From Octopus sinensis (lineage: Eukaryota): 64,000 bases of DNA. The notes under the pieces are model-generated. The model was not told the DNA's origin and ran no database searches. It saw nothing but the letters and a program-made list of their open reading frames with translations. Below, one piece after another: positions 1 to 13,509 of this stretch; position 1 is the stretch's first letter; each line of letters opens with the position of its first letter. The translations under genes were made by a program, and so were the position numbers. The stretch is taken from the NCBI RefSeq assembly GCF_006345805.1, contig NC_043022.1:13702001-13766000 (forward strand), given 5' to 3'.

Positions 1-29
1 AGGTGTGTATACATTTTTTTGGGACACCC

Positions 30-87
<58 letters not shown>

Positions 88-189
88 CGGAGTAAACACA
101 TAAATGTGAAACAAGGTGGAAAAAAGAGTACTCAAATACCAGTGGTAGAGTAATATGCTTTATATATATATATATATGTAGGTATGTAT

Positions 190-320
190 GTATAATTACT
201 GGTAAATCTGCAAGAAAGGGTAGGACTTTATGCTCCTCGTAGATGCTCTGAATCAGGTGAACTTGATGCTGTTGACGTTACGGGTCAGCAAGACTTGCAA
301 GGAACACCATAAGCAGGGAG
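190..320 (-). mobile_element. Decayed Penelope-like GIY-YIG endonuclease fragment
   Basis: Minus strand gives AYGVPCKSC*...SEHLR, resembling VYxIPCxxC...RxxEHLR. Confidence 0.35.
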
Positions 321-635
321 GAGACCCCCCAGAGGGTCCATGATCTGGGTTGGGGTGGGGGGTGGGGAGAAAAGATAGGACAGCATTTAATGTAGAGCTA
401 GGGTTAGTGGGGAGGAGTTTGACACAACATATTTGATGGGAAGTGGGGAGAAAAGAGATGAGTAGAGGGGTGGAGGTATGGGACCAGCGAGCTCTGAGGA
501 ACAGAGGCCATTACAGTAGTAACAGCATACACGCATGTATGTGTGTATGCATGTATGTATACATCTGTCTATATGTATTGAAGTATTGTATACGGTGTAC
601 TCTCTATCTATCTGTCTGTCTGTCTATACACACAC

Positions 636-711
<76 letters not shown>

Positions 712-1456
712 TATAAATTAATAAATAACCATATGCATATATATATACATATATGTACGTACCTACCTCTACATGTATATATACACACGCATATATGAGT
801 ACAGGACACCAAAAAAAACGTCGAACACAATGAGAAACGAAAACATAGACACAAACATATATATATTTATATATCGTTTTCTTATGGTCATAGATTTATA
901 CAAGCATTATAATGAAGATACTTAGTGTCACATAATATATGCATATACACGCTTCCTTAGAGAGAGAGAGAGAGAGAGAGAAAGCACATGTGTGGGCCAG
1001 AGGTCGTCTGTTAGAGATTTAATGTAAATCAGTTGAGTGGCCCTTCACTGGATGTGGTCAAGAATCTGTGTGTGTGTGTGTGTGTGTGTGTATCTTTGCT
1101 TAGCAGCCGCAGCAGCTCTGTCCCAGGTGTGTGGGCAATATTCCCTTATAGACCCTGATTCATTGAGCTTGTAGAGTGTGAGGGGTTGAAATATTTTCTG
1201 ACCCAAAATAAAAGGTGTGTGCACGTACGTATGTATGTATGTATACACACACACATACACACACATTTATGTATATCTATACATATACTGTTTGGTAAAC
1301 AAGCAAAAGCACTAATAAAGAATTATCCAAAATTCTGACTGCCTCCTTCTTCTTAATATACACATATATAAACACATACATACATACATACACATACATT
1401 CATACATATATTTATACATACACATATATACATACATGCATACATATATATACATA

Positions 1457-1513
<57 letters not shown>

Positions 1514-1666
1514 TTGCAGTGGGGAAGGTGTTTATAAGGCATTTAATGAACACACAAAAACCATTAGAATCACTTCAACATTTAATTTAATTTGTCAAAA
1601 TATTTTTGTCACTTTGAGACCGCAATGTTCACTGACAAAATTCAGTGCTGCATATATATATATATA

Positions 1667-1765
1667 TCAAAATAAGGTGATTAAAATCAAAGTAAGCAAC
1701 AAGGATATCTGCATTACCTCTGGATATCTTTGTTGCATATTTTGATTTTAATCACCTTATTTTGA
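1667..1765. repeat. Fold-back inverted repeat (duplicated at 2149-2247)
   Basis: 25-bp perfect outer arms plus gcaacaaggatatc/gatatctttgttgc inner arms. Confidence 0.9.
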
Positions 1766-1949
1766 AATTGTATGGATAATACCGTACTAAATTCTGGTGC
1801 CTCACCTTAAGTACCATATTCATCTGAATCTAAAGTTATATATATATAATACATACATACATATATATATATATAAATATTGATAAAAATGGTAGGACAA
1901 CAAAAGAATGAGAAACCTATATATATATGTGTGTGTGTGTATATATATA

Positions 1950-1980
<31 letters not shown>

Positions 1981-2070
1981 ATATATGTAACAATTGCAGT
2001 GTGGAAGGTGTTTATAAGGCATTTAATGAACACACAAAACCATTAGAATCACTTCAACATTTAAATTTAA

Positions 2071-2121
2071 TTTGTCAAAATATTTTTGTCACTTTGAGAC
2101 CGCAACCTGTTCACTGACAAA
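2071..2121 (-). ncRNA. Hammerhead variant with G3-C8 core (G12A decayed)
   Basis: Minus strand reads TTTGTCA-GTGAACA-g-GTTGC(ggtctcaaa)GTGAC-AAAA-ATAT-TT-TGACAAA, with a 7-bp stem I. A copy with a 2-nt deletion is at 1591-1639. Confidence 0.55.
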
Positions 2122-2332
2122 ATTCAGTGCTGCATATATATATATATATCAAAATAAGGTGATTAAAATCAAAGTAAGCAACAAGGATATCTGCATTACC
2201 TCTGGATATCTTTGTTGCATATTTTGATTTTAATCACCTTATTTTGAAATTGTATGGATAATACCGTACTAAATTCTGGTGCCTCACCTTAAGTACCATA
2301 TTCATCTGAATCTAAATTTTATATATATATAC

Positions 2333-2366
<34 letters not shown>

Positions 2367-2784
2367 TGATAAAAATGGTAGGACAACAAAAGAATGAAAG
2401 AAACCTATATATGTGTGTGTGTGTATATATATATAAAATGTACCTACCAAAGGTGTCAATGCTTCCAGTTGCTTTGTACCCCTGACAATGTCCTCACAAC
2501 CTCTCCCTATACACACACCAAACTTCTGAATATTTCACTCTCTACAGGTGAAAGGCAGAATCATTAGCACGCCGGGCGAAATGCTTTGTGGTATTTCGTC
2601 CGCCGCTGTGTTCTGAGTTCAAATTTCGCCGAGGTCGACTTTACCTTTCATCCTTTCAGGGTCGATTAAATAAGTACCAGTTATGCACTGGGGGCGATAT
2701 AATCGACTTAGTCCGTTTGTCTGTCCTTGTTTGTCCTCTCTGTGTTTAGCCCCTTGTGGGTAGTAAAGAAATAGGTACATATAC

Positions 2785-2905
2785 CCTGATATCCAAAAAG
2801 AAAGGCCACCCTCCTCTCACCCTCCTCTCACCTGTTGTTCTCACCTTAAACATCTCTAAGGTAATGGATGCAGTCATTAACCATAACATTCTCCAACATC
2901 TTTAC
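2785..2905 (+). mobile_element. CR1/Jockey-type RT fragment
   Basis: ISKKKG...LTLNISKVMDAVINHNILQHL. Confidence 0.5.
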
Positions 2906-3289
2906 ACACACACACTCTCTCTCTCTCTCTCTCTCTCTTCAATAACAGCAACTGTGCTGGTGCCCCGTTTATAAAGGACTGGTGCTGGTACCATGTAAAA
3001 GGCACCCAGAACATTCTGTAGCAGGGGTTGGCATTAAAAAGGGCATCCAGCCATAGAAACCATGTAAGATCAGATGGTCGGAGTCTGGTGCAGTTCTCTA
3101 GCCTTGTCAGCTCCTGTCAAACTTTCCAATCCATGCCAGCATGGAAAAACAGGCATTAAATGATAACGATGATGATGATGATGGCTTCTGCAGAGCCAAT
3201 TCTCAAGAGACCTTACCCTGCCATGCCACTCACCCACCAGTGGGCTCTCGCTTTGGAGAACCTTTGTGAAAGCACCTTTTCACAAAGCT

Positions 3290-3690
3290 CAGAGGTGCAC
3301 TCTGAGCACTTTTTCAAACGCCACCTGTCTACCACCCGTGGACATGTTTACAAAGTCAGAAAACAGCACAGCTACTTTCCATGACTTTTGGAAAACATTT
3401 TTTTTCCCGCTAAGAGTTGCTGAGCAGAACAAACTGACGCCAACAAAACTACCGCATCAGTGTTAGTTGTCGGAGCACTGCATCCTTCAAAACTTCCATG
3501 CTTCCTGAGATTCGCCAACACTACACCTGATCTTCTCTTCCCCTCCATACACACGACGAAATGCATGTATTCTGACTCATACCTGTTCGCTTTCCAGACA
3601 TTTGTACATTACTGCATATGCTTTATATGCACTTTTGACAAGTTGTGGTGCACCTGAGCACTGTATACAATAATTTCATTATCATTTTTT
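3290..3690 (+). mobile_element. CR1-type LINE 3' end
   Basis: TRGHVYKVRKQ...FF.LRVAE.NKL followed by a 3' UTR. Confidence 0.75.
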
Positions 3691-4269
3691 TAAAGCAGTG
3701 TTCGTTGCCCAATGGATGTCTGTAAACCCTTTTAGCATAGACACAGGACATGGCTCTGTGGCTGGGAAACTTTTATTTCAGGTTCAATTTCCCTGCATGG
3801 TAGTACCCTGAGTGTCTTTTGCTCCACCCTTGGGCTGACCAATGCCTTGTGAGTGAATTTGATAGATGGAAACTATGGAAGCCCATACTATGTGTCTATG
3901 TGTTTGTGTGTGTCTTTGTGTCTTGTTTGTCCCCATCACCGCTTCACAATCGGTGTTGGTTCATTTACATCCCTGTAAGTTAGCTGTTCCAGAAAAGAGA
4001 GACAAGAATAAGTACTTGGGTTGATTTCTTCAAAACAAAACTCTTCAAAGCAGTGCCCCAGCATGGCCATAGTCCACCGACTGGAGCGAAGAGAAGGTGA
4101 AGGATAACAGAAACCTGGCATGTATATCTCTTATCAAAACATCCCACATATGGACCCCACCCTTCTCCAATTTCATAGACTGATAGCTTCTATCAGATTG
4201 CATCATTGCAGCATGTTTTGAAGGGGCCTTTTCTTGTCCCGTTCTCAATCACTTCTGCTTCTGTCTCCT

Positions 4270-4480
4270 GCCCCCTTCTCTTTTCCTCTGTACTTCAATT
4301 ATCCTTCTTTGCGTATCTTGAAGTGGTTATCAGACACCGTGATGGGAAAGGCAGCATCAACACGAACGGTGAGCCCCAAACACATCTCCGATTTGCAAAC
4401 GAGACATTGCGGTCGTTACAGAACACTCATGTCAGCTACAGACCCTGCTCACAGGGCTGGACACTCAGAGTTCAGAAGTG
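4270..4480 (+). mobile_element. RTE-type LINE reverse transcriptase fragment
   Basis: PLLF...LEVVIR...GSINTNGEPQTHLRFA resembles GINING..THLRFADD. Confidence 0.65.
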
Positions 4481-4903
4481 AGGAACCTTAGAAGAAAGGC
4501 TTGCCAGTTAGGGATCTTAGAATAAAGGCTCAGCAGTGAGGAATCTTAGAAAAAAGGCTCAGCAGTGAGGAATCTTAGAATAAAGGTTCAGCAGTGAGGG
4601 GTCTTAGAATAAAGGTTCAGCAGTGAGGGGTCTTAGAATAAAGGTTCAGCAGTGAGGGGTCTTAGAGTAAAGGTTTGCCATCGAGGAATCTTAGAATAAA
4701 GGTTCAGCAGTGAGGGGTCTTAGAGTAAAGGTTTGCCATCAAGGAATCTTAGAATAAAGGTTCAGCAGTCAGGAATCTTAGAATAAAGGTTCAGCTGTGA
4801 AGAATCTTAGAATAAAGGTTTGCCGGTGAGGAATATTAGAATAAAGGTTTGCCAGTGAAGAATCTTAGAATAAAGGTTCAGCTGTAAGGAATCTGAGAGT
4901 AAA
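4480..4903 (+). repeat. 29-bp minisatellite, ~14 copies (GAGGAATCTTAGAATAAAGGTTCAGCAGT)
   Basis: Direct head-to-tail repeats with no unique spacers. Confidence 0.92.
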
Positions 4904-5088
4904 AAACCTGCATGGAAACAAGGTATACAGTGTCCCAAAACATAGCACAAGGTCAAATATTTATCTCAATGTCTATTCTTATGTATTAATTATAGGTGCA
5001 AGCATGTTACTCAGAGTTTTACTTTCCCACTCATCATACACTTTTGGTTGATATATATATATATATTATATATATATATATAAAAATA

Positions 5089-5323
5089 CAGAGTGTTCAA
5101 AAAGTCTCTCAGCAGTGAATATTTTTCTCCAAGATATATTTCAAGACATGTGTAGAAGAGTCAACTTATGTATTGAAAACAAAGGACAACACTTTCAACA
5201 CCTCTTATAAAGTTTTTTAAAGTCTTGTAAAGTCTGATATATTCATTTGTAGTTTTATACCATCTCATAAATATTTATTTTGCAATAAAATATTTACTGC
5301 GGAGCGACTCTTTGACCACCCTG
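5089..5323. mobile_element. Tc1-like MITE
   Basis: Imperfect ~27-bp TIRs (CAGAGTGTTCAAAAGTC.../...GACTCTTTGACCACCCTG) around RRVNLCIENKGQHFQHLL*. Confidence 0.7.
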
Positions 5324-5539
5324 TGTATATTTGAAGTATTGGAGTAACCATGGTGTTCTGTTGAATTAGCTTTCTATACTTTTCTGTTCTATAACTTGGG
5401 TTGTTCCAATTGCACATGTTCGGCAAAGTATCTCTTTCCCTGTTGTAAACTTTCCACCTGTTCTTCTTCAAAGCAGGAAAATAAAAGATTCCGAACAGAA
5501 GCATCATGCCATCATTGAGTTCTTGAATAAACAAGGGAT

Positions 5540-6240
5540 GCAGGCTGTCCAACATCTAGAGAACAACTCTGTTGGTTGTTTGAGGAAATGAAACCATTGA
5601 CAGGAGCAGTGTGCATGGTTGTGCGAAGAATTTGACTGAAATGGAAACCAGTATTGAGGGCAAGGCGTACAGTTGGAGACAATCAACTGTGGCTTGAATT
5701 GAGAATTCCCTGGCATGAATTGCTGTGACATAGCAAGGTAGCTAGAGTGTTGTTGTTGTTGTTGTTGTTGTTAATCAACAAGACGGATAAGGGTGATTAG
5801 GTGATGGTCTAGGGCTTAGGGGTGGAAGACCCCAGACCTTGAAAAAATAAAAACTTTGGTCATCTTGTTGTAGTCGAGGGCTCTTCATTGACGTCTGACA
5901 CCACTGGGAGGTGGCTCTCGAAGTCGCTGGAAATGGAGATCTCCAGGTCCAAATTCTTGAACGGCATAGCTAGAGTGTGTGCTTTCTGGGGCAGCCAGTG
6001 GGTTTGCTGGTTCCTCCTGCTCCACTTCCTTTCTGAGCCTCCCAGCCTATACAGGCTTATACAACAGACCGAAAAGTGCTGTTCCCATAAAAGCATTGCT
6101 TGGGGCAAACCCCATCCTTCTTTGACCCTCTCTGAACCCCTCTCCACTAACTGTACTATGGTGTGGATGAAATTTTCAAAGATGGACGTGTCATAGACCA
6201 TGAGTCTGCTGCAAAATTTGATTGTGGTCGCTATGTGTTA
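5540..6240 (-). mobile_element. Decayed Penelope-like reverse transcriptase fragment
   Basis: Frameshifted motifs MGFAPS-NAFMG, MPFKNLDLEISI and QYWFPFQSNSSH. Confidence 0.45.
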
Positions 6241-6439
6241 CAGATCATGGTGGAAGATTGCGGGTATCGCAAAACATTTGCAGATCAGGTAACTCAGTGG
6301 TTAAATACTTGATTTGAAAGAGAGAACCGTGGAAGTCTGCTCTGATCTGTGGCAAGTGCTTAAAACCAATGGAAATATGCTTCTTTTTTTTCTTATCTGA
6401 TGGCAAGGGATGGAATGTGGGTCTATCTTTGTGATCCAG

Positions 6440-7410
6440 AAACAAAGGCCCAGTATATGAACTGGCAGCACACCACTTCTCCAAAACCTAAGAAGTCCAA
6501 GAGCCAGCGATTAATGTAGAAAGTCATACTGACTATTCCTGGAGATCATAAGAATGTCCTCCTTGAGTCTAAAAACAATTTCCATTCCCCATGACAAGGC
6601 ATGACTACATGTATCTTTATCAAGAAATCAGGCAATTGGTGAACTGGGTTGGTTAGGGATCTCCCATCCACTGTAGAGCCCAGATCTACCTATTTCTTTA
6701 TTACCCACAAGGGGCTAAACATAGAGGGGACAAACAAGGACAGACATAGGTATTAAGTGCATAACTGGTACTTAATTTATCGACGGAATTTGAACTCACA
6801 ACGTAACGACAAGCGAAATACCGTTAAGCATTTCGCCCGGCGTGCTAACGTTTCTGCCAGATCTACCACCATCTGACTTCCACAGATGAACTTGAAGTGG
6901 ATTTTAAGAATGGGGTATCATGAAGCACTCATTTTTAGTGTCACATAAAAAGCACACATGCTGGTGCCACATGCCAGTGCTATGTAGAAAATTACCTGCG
7001 CTGGTGCCGCATAGGAAGCACTCATATCAGTATGACATAAGAGGCACTCGTGCCAGGGTCATGTTAAAAGCACTTGTGTTGGCGCCGTGTAAGAAGCACT
7101 GAATACACATTGTAAAGTGGTTGGCGTTAGGAAAAGCATCTGGTCTGAGAAACCATACCAAAACAGACAAATGGGGCCTGGGCAGCTCCTGTCAAACCAT
7201 CCATGCCAGGTTGGTTAGTGGTTTTCCACTCACTGTAGACCTCAGATCTAGCACCATCTCACTTCCACGGATGAAGTGAAAGGGGATATGAAGAATGATG
7301 GGGTTACAAATGTGCACACTTGAATTTTTTTTTCTTTCAAAGGGGATTCAAGAGTTGGGTTCAGTGATGGTGCCAAATGTGTCCCTTATGATGGAGACTA
7401 TGTTAAGTAG
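6440..7410 (+). mobile_element. Decayed mariner transposase fragments interrupted by SINEs
   Basis: WQHTTSPKPKK..KVILT, HP.*SPDLPPSDFH and KGIQEL..KCVPYDGDYVK*. The SINE at 6691-6856 is flanked by the direct repeat ccagatctacc. Confidence 0.8.
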
Positions 7411-7519
7411 GACCTTAGGGTATGAGTCACTCTACCAACACACATGCAATTCGGATGATCTCTGTCAGTTGATAAAAAAGATCTGCTCACTTCTACATTA
7501 CTTTTGGTACAATTCTTAT

Positions 7520-8010
7520 ATATATGCATATGTATATACACTCATACATACATACATACATGCACACATACATACACACATACACACATACATAAACACA
7601 TACATACACACATACACATGCATACACACACATGCATACATACACAAATACATACATACACACATGCACACATACATACATACACACATACATACATACA
7701 TACATACATACACACATACATACATACACACACATACACACATACATACATACATACATACACACACATACACACATACATACATACATACATACATACA
7801 CACACATACACACATACATACATACATACATACTACACACACATACACACATACATACATACATACACACATACACACATACATACATACATACATACAT
7901 ACACACACATACACACATACATACATACATACATACACACACATACACACATACATACATACATACACACACATACACACATACATACATACATACACAC
8001 ACATACACAT
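7520..8010. repeat. (CATA)n/(CA)n compound microsatellite
   Basis: Low-complexity tract that produces the HTYI/MYVC ORFs. Confidence 0.95.
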
Positions 8011-8443
8011 CGACCCCATTATTTATCAGTCTCTCTTGCCAAATCACTAAGTTATGGGGACAGTTGTCAAGTTGTGGAGTGGGCAAACTGTGTATGTGTG
8101 TGTGTATATGAGTGTATATATTTGTGAATATATATATATATATATATGTGTATACATGTACACACATGCATAATGTCGCTAGTTTCTACACAGTTTCTGT
8201 CAACCAGATTCACCCCACATGGCATTGGTCGACCCCAGGGCTACAGCAGAAGACTCTTTCTCCAGTTGCCGTCCAGTGGGACTGAACCTGAGACGGCACG
8301 GTTGCAAAGCGGGCTCCTTAAACGCACACAGCCAATGCCCTCGGCTGTGAAACCTCATTCGATATGTGTTCTTCACTACATCAATGCCAGCAACGAAAGG
8401 AAACCCCTGTTAACGAACCAGTAACTTAATATTCCCATGTCTG

Positions 8444-8474
<31 letters not shown>

Positions 8475-8589
8475 CACCATCATCGTCATCATCGCCATCA
8501 TCATTACACTATCATACAGCTAACACATGCTTTGATGGTGGTGGTGGTGGTGGAGGAAGAGGATGCTAGCACAGCTGTAGCTACCTCTT

Positions 8590-8960
8590 ATCTTGTTTCT
8601 CTGAAGATGTGCAGTTGTTGACAGCCGGGTGGGGGCGAAGAGTGTAGGTATGGCAGCGGGGGGGGTGCAGGTTGGGGTTGGGGTTGGAGCTCTGATTGCT
8701 GGCTTGGGGTGGGGTTGAGTAGTGGAGGTGGCGGCGAGGGAGAGAAGGCCGGGGTGCGAGGCTGGAATGGAGCAAAGGCGGGAGAGCGGGGTGGTGGTGG
8801 TGATTATGGGTGTGGGGGGATGGCATGGGGCTGGGGTGAGGGAGGGGTGTAGTGTTAATATCGAAGAGCAATAAGCCCGAGATAGATAAACGAGGAAGGC
8901 ACAGGTAGGGGTGTGTGGTGGAGGGGGGTGTTTGAAGACAATTTGATGAAGTAAGGGGTT
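8590..8960 (-). mobile_element. Decayed Penelope-like (Neptune-type) linker fragment
   Basis: SLPRRHLHYSTPP...PRCHT...NCTSS resembles the RT-EN Cys linker. Confidence 0.35.
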
Positions 8961-10592
8961 TGGTGTGAAATAAGAAAATTATGGTTCTTCTTCTTCTTCT
9001 TAATGGAATGATTAAAAGTTAGAATATATATTGCTTTAAAGTTTTGGCGCAAGGCCAGCAATTTTAGGGAAGTCGATTGCTTTGACCCCCCACCTCTCCC
9101 AGTACTCGACCAGTACTTAATTTATCGACCCTGAAAGGCTAAAAGGTAAAGTTGACCTCAGTGGAATTTGAACCCAGAAAGTAAGGTCAGTTGAAATGCC
9201 AGAAAGTGTTTTTTTGTCCAATGTGCTAACAATATGGCCAGCTTTCCACCTTAATAATCATCATCCTCATCATTTAACGTCTGCTTCCCATGCTGGCATG
9301 GGTTGGATGGTTTGACTGAGGGCGGGCGAGCCAGAAGGCTGCACCAGGCTCCAATCTGATCTGGCGAGGTTTCTACGGTTGGACGCCCTTCCTAATGCCA
9401 ACCACTCCAAGAGTGCAATGGGTGTCTTTTATGTACCACTGGCACGGAGGCCAGTCGCACGGTACTGGCATTGACCATGCTCAAATGGTGCTTTTTATGT
9501 GTCACCAGCACAGGTGCCATTGAGGTGGCACTGGCATTGACCACGCTCATATAGTGCTTTTTATGCGTCACCAGCACAGGTGCCATTGAGGTGGCACTGG
9601 CACCGACCATGCTTGAATGGTGCTTTTTATGTGTCACCGGCATGGGAGCTAGTCAGGCGGCAATGGCATTGACCACGCTCAAATGGTGCTTTTTATGTGT
9701 CACCGGTACAGGTGCCAGTCAGGCAGCACTGGCATCAGCCATGACTACAATCTCATTTGGCTCAACAGGTCTTCTCGAGCACAACATATTGCCCAATGAC
9801 TGAAGGGTACTTGTATATGCAAAGGGTATGCATCACTGGAATCGGCCACTGCTATGATCTCACTTGACTTGCCAGGTCTTCTCAATCACAGCATGATAAT
9901 AATAATAATAATAATATTTTGGCACAAGGCCAGTTATTTCGAGGTGGGTGCTAAGTCGATTACATTAACCCCAGTGCACAACTGGTACTTATTTTATATA
10001 CTCTGAAAGGATAAAAGACACAGTTGACCATGGCAGAATTTGAACTCAGAACACCAATGAGCATTTTACTTGGTGTACTAACGATTCTGTCAGCTCACTG
10101 CCTTTACTTACCTTTTAGTAGTAGTAGTAGTAATAATAATAATAATAATCCTTTCTACTGGAGGCACACGGTCTCAAATTTGCGGGGAGGGGACTAGTCG
10201 AATGCATGGACCTCAGTATTTCACTGGTACTTATTTTTAATCGACCGTGAAAGAATGAAAGGCAAAGTCCACGTCGGTGGAATTTGAACTTGGATGGACA
10301 AAATACTTCTAAACATTTCACCCAGTGTGCTAAAGATTTGTGCTAGCTCACTGCCTTTCCGATAATAATAATAATCCTTTCTACTAAAGGCACAAAGGCC
10401 TGAAATTTGGGGCAAGGGGACTAGCTGATTACATCGACCACCCCCTAGTACTTCACTGGTACTTAATTTATTGACCCTGAAAGGATGAAAGGCAAAGTTG
10501 ACCTTGGTGGAATTTGAACTCAGAATGTAGTGGAGGTGCAATCACCCAGTCGTTAGGGCAGTGGACTCACGATTGTAGGATCGCAGTTTTGA

Positions 10593-10821
10593 GGTGGCGA
10601 GCTGGCAGAAACGTTAGCACGCTGGGCGAAATGCTTAGTGGTATTTCGTCTGCCTCTATGTTCTGAGTTCAAATTCCACCAAGGTCAACTTTGCCTTTCA
10701 TCCTTTCGGGGTCGATTAAATAAGTACCAGTTACACACTGGGGTTGATATAATTGACTTAATCCGGTTGTTTGTCCTTGTTTGTCCCCTCTGTGTTTAGC
10801 CCCTTGTGGGTAGTAAAGAAA
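10593..10821 (+). mobile_element. tRNA-derived SINE family A (Nin-like central domain); also ~2546-2775, 17360-17572, 19418-19647, 34758-34991, 38800-39121, 39455-39688, 39831-40070, 45631-46047
   Basis: A/B boxes and GCCTTTCATCCTTTCGGGGTCGAT core. This copy has a 17-bp TSD taggatcgcagttttga (10576-92 and 10822-38) and lies inside a family D SINE. Confidence 0.85.
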
Positions 10822-11906
10822 TAGGATCGCAGTTTTGATTCCCAGACGGGGCATTGTGAGTGTTTATTCACCGAGAACACCTAAAGCTCCACGAGGCTCC
10901 AGTAGGGGCTATTGGCGAACCCTGCTGTACTCTTTCACCACAACTTTCTCTCACTCTTTCTTCCTATTTCTGTTGTACCTGTAATTCAAAGGGCCAGCCT
11001 TGTCACACTCTGTGTCAAGCTGAATCTCCCCGAGAACTACCTTAAGGGTACACGTGTCTGTGGAGTGCTCAGCCACTTGCACGTCAATAAATGAGCTGCG
11101 ACGTCAATGGTGCCAAGCTGTATCGGCCCCTTTGCCTTTCCCTTGGATAACATCGATGGTGTGGAGAGGGGCGGATGGTATACATGGGTGACTGCTGGCC
11201 TTCCCTAAACAACCTTGCCCAGACTTGTGCCTTGGAGGGCAACTTTCTAGGTACAATCCCATGGTCATTCATGACCAAAGGGGGTCACAACTGCAGTCCA
11301 GTGACCATTAAGCCATAGCTAACCTGCATGTGGGGTACTTGGAGCTACGTGAACATAGCTGATTAAGAGTTTTAAGGGTGTTGGTTTTGGTCAGAATGCG
11401 GTGGTGGTAACAGCATACAAGCCACCGAATCTGGGTTAGTTGAACATCTGTGCTCTGAGGTTTTGAAAGAAAGCAAAGTAGAAGAATATAAGATAGACAT
11501 AGAGGGAGGGGAGGAGGAACGAGGAATGGGAAGTTGGAATGATATTGATTGAAAAGAGAGTAGCTCGTCTTGCCAAATACTTCAAAGGAAGTGAAATAGC
11601 TGAGTTAAACACGTGCACACACACACACATTTATATATATATAATATATATACACACACACACACATATCTATATATACATATATATATATATATATGTA
11701 CATACATATGTATATATATAAATATATATATATACATATGTATATATATATACATATACATGTATATGTAAATATACACACATATATATATACATACATG
11801 CATATATATATACATATATATATAAATATATACACACACATACACACATATACATATATATACATACATACATACATATATATAATATATATACATACAT
11901 ATATAT

Positions 11907-11949
<43 letters not shown>

Positions 11950-12230
11950 GAAATGAGGTACTCAGAAGATTGGATGGTTTATATTTACAGATATTTATTT
12001 GTATATTACATTTTTTATTTATATATCATATCACTTAGATCATTAGCGCTTTCTCCCATTCTAGTGGGGTTTTCAAATCAAACTAATATATATATATATA
12101 TATATATATATACTATATATATATATATATATAATAAAAACCAAAATCAAATGAAGTGAAAAATTGGATGAAAAAATTGGAATCAAAATTTCTTTTTAAG
12201 AAAAATACATATTCAAATAAGTAAACCATA

Positions 12231-12265
12231 ATATCATGAATAGCGAAAGCGAAACCGGTCGATAT
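12231..12265 (+). ncRNA. Minimal hammerhead variant with A3-U8 core
   Basis: ATATC-ATGAATA-GC(gaaa)GC-GAAA-CCGG-TC-GATAT. All other core positions conserved, including G10.1-C11.1. GUC triplet. Confidence 0.7.
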
Positions 12266-12993
12266 ATTAAAAATTATATAAGAACTATGTAATGTGTGTG
12301 TATTTTCCTTTTTAAATTTCTTATATATATTACAACTCACCACGTGGGGATAATCAAAATTTCTCCTTTCTGTTACTACTTCGAAACATGTGTCAAAGAT
12401 TCCACTGATATTATTCAAAAGAATAAATGGTATAAAACAATGGTATAAAAATTCCATATAAACATGACGTTTCTACCTTTATAAACAAGGAGTTACAACC
12501 TCTTTGCTTGTGTAATTTTTTGCTTCCCTGGTAACTATTTATTTATTTTTTCCGTGTTAATTGTTAACAAGGCAAAAATACACTCATCTGTGTATATGTG
12601 TATATATATATACATATGTATATATATATATATATAGACACACATGCGTATATGTATGTGTGTGTATATATATATATACATGTGTATGTACATGTCTATA
12701 TATATGTGTGTGTATATATATATTATATATATATATTAGAGAAATGAGGTACTCAGAAGATTGGATGGTTTATATTTACAGATATTTATTTGTATATTAC
12801 ATTTTTTATTTATATATCATATCACTTAGATCATTAGCGCTTTCTCCCATTCTAGTGGGATTTTCAAATCAAACTAATATATATATATATATATATATAA
12901 ACCAAAATCAAAATGAAATAGAAAAAATTGGATGAAAAAATTGGAATCAAAATTTCTTTTTAAGAAAATACATATTCAAATAAGTAAACCATA

Positions 12994-13028
12994 ATATCAT
13001 GAATAGCGAAAGCGAAACCGGTCGATAT
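12994..13028 (+). ncRNA. Second identical copy of the A3-U8 hammerhead (tandem duplication)
   Basis: Identical to 12231-12265, 763 bp downstream. Confidence 0.7.
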
Positions 13029-13362
13029 ATTAAAAATTATATAAGAACTATGTAATGTGTGTGTATTTTCCTTTTTAAATTCTTATATATATTACAACTC
13101 ACCACGTGGGGATAATCAAAATTTCTCCTTTCTGTTACTACTTCGAAACATGTGTCAAAGATTCCACTGATATTATTCAAAAGAATAAATGGTATAAAAC
13201 AATGGTATAAAAATTCCATATAAACATGACGTTTCTACCTTTATAAACAAGGAGTTACAACCTCTTTGCTTGTGTAATTTTTTGCTTCCCTGGTAACTAT
13301 TTATTTATTTTTTCCGTGTTAATTGTTAACAAGGCAAAAATACACTCATCTGTGTATATGTG

Positions 13363-13394
<32 letters not shown>

Positions 13395-13460
13395 CAGACA
13401 CACATGCGTATATGTATGTGTGTGTATATATATATATACATGTGTATGTACATGTCTATA

Positions 13461-13509
<49 letters not shown>

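Larger units (their letters stand above)
1400..2435. repeat. Tandem duplication, ~480-bp period
   Basis: Near-identical blocks, e.g. 1591 versus 2071. Confidence 0.85.

Noticed and set aside
4480-4903. CRISPR-like 29-bp repeats
   Set aside because: Repeats are contiguous with no unique spacers, there are no cas genes, and the context is eukaryotic.
7295-8167. Long HTYI/MYVC ORFs (up to 251 aa) and many similar ones across the window
   Set aside because: They are translations of (CATA)n/(CA)n/(TA)n microsatellites that are open in several frames on both strands.
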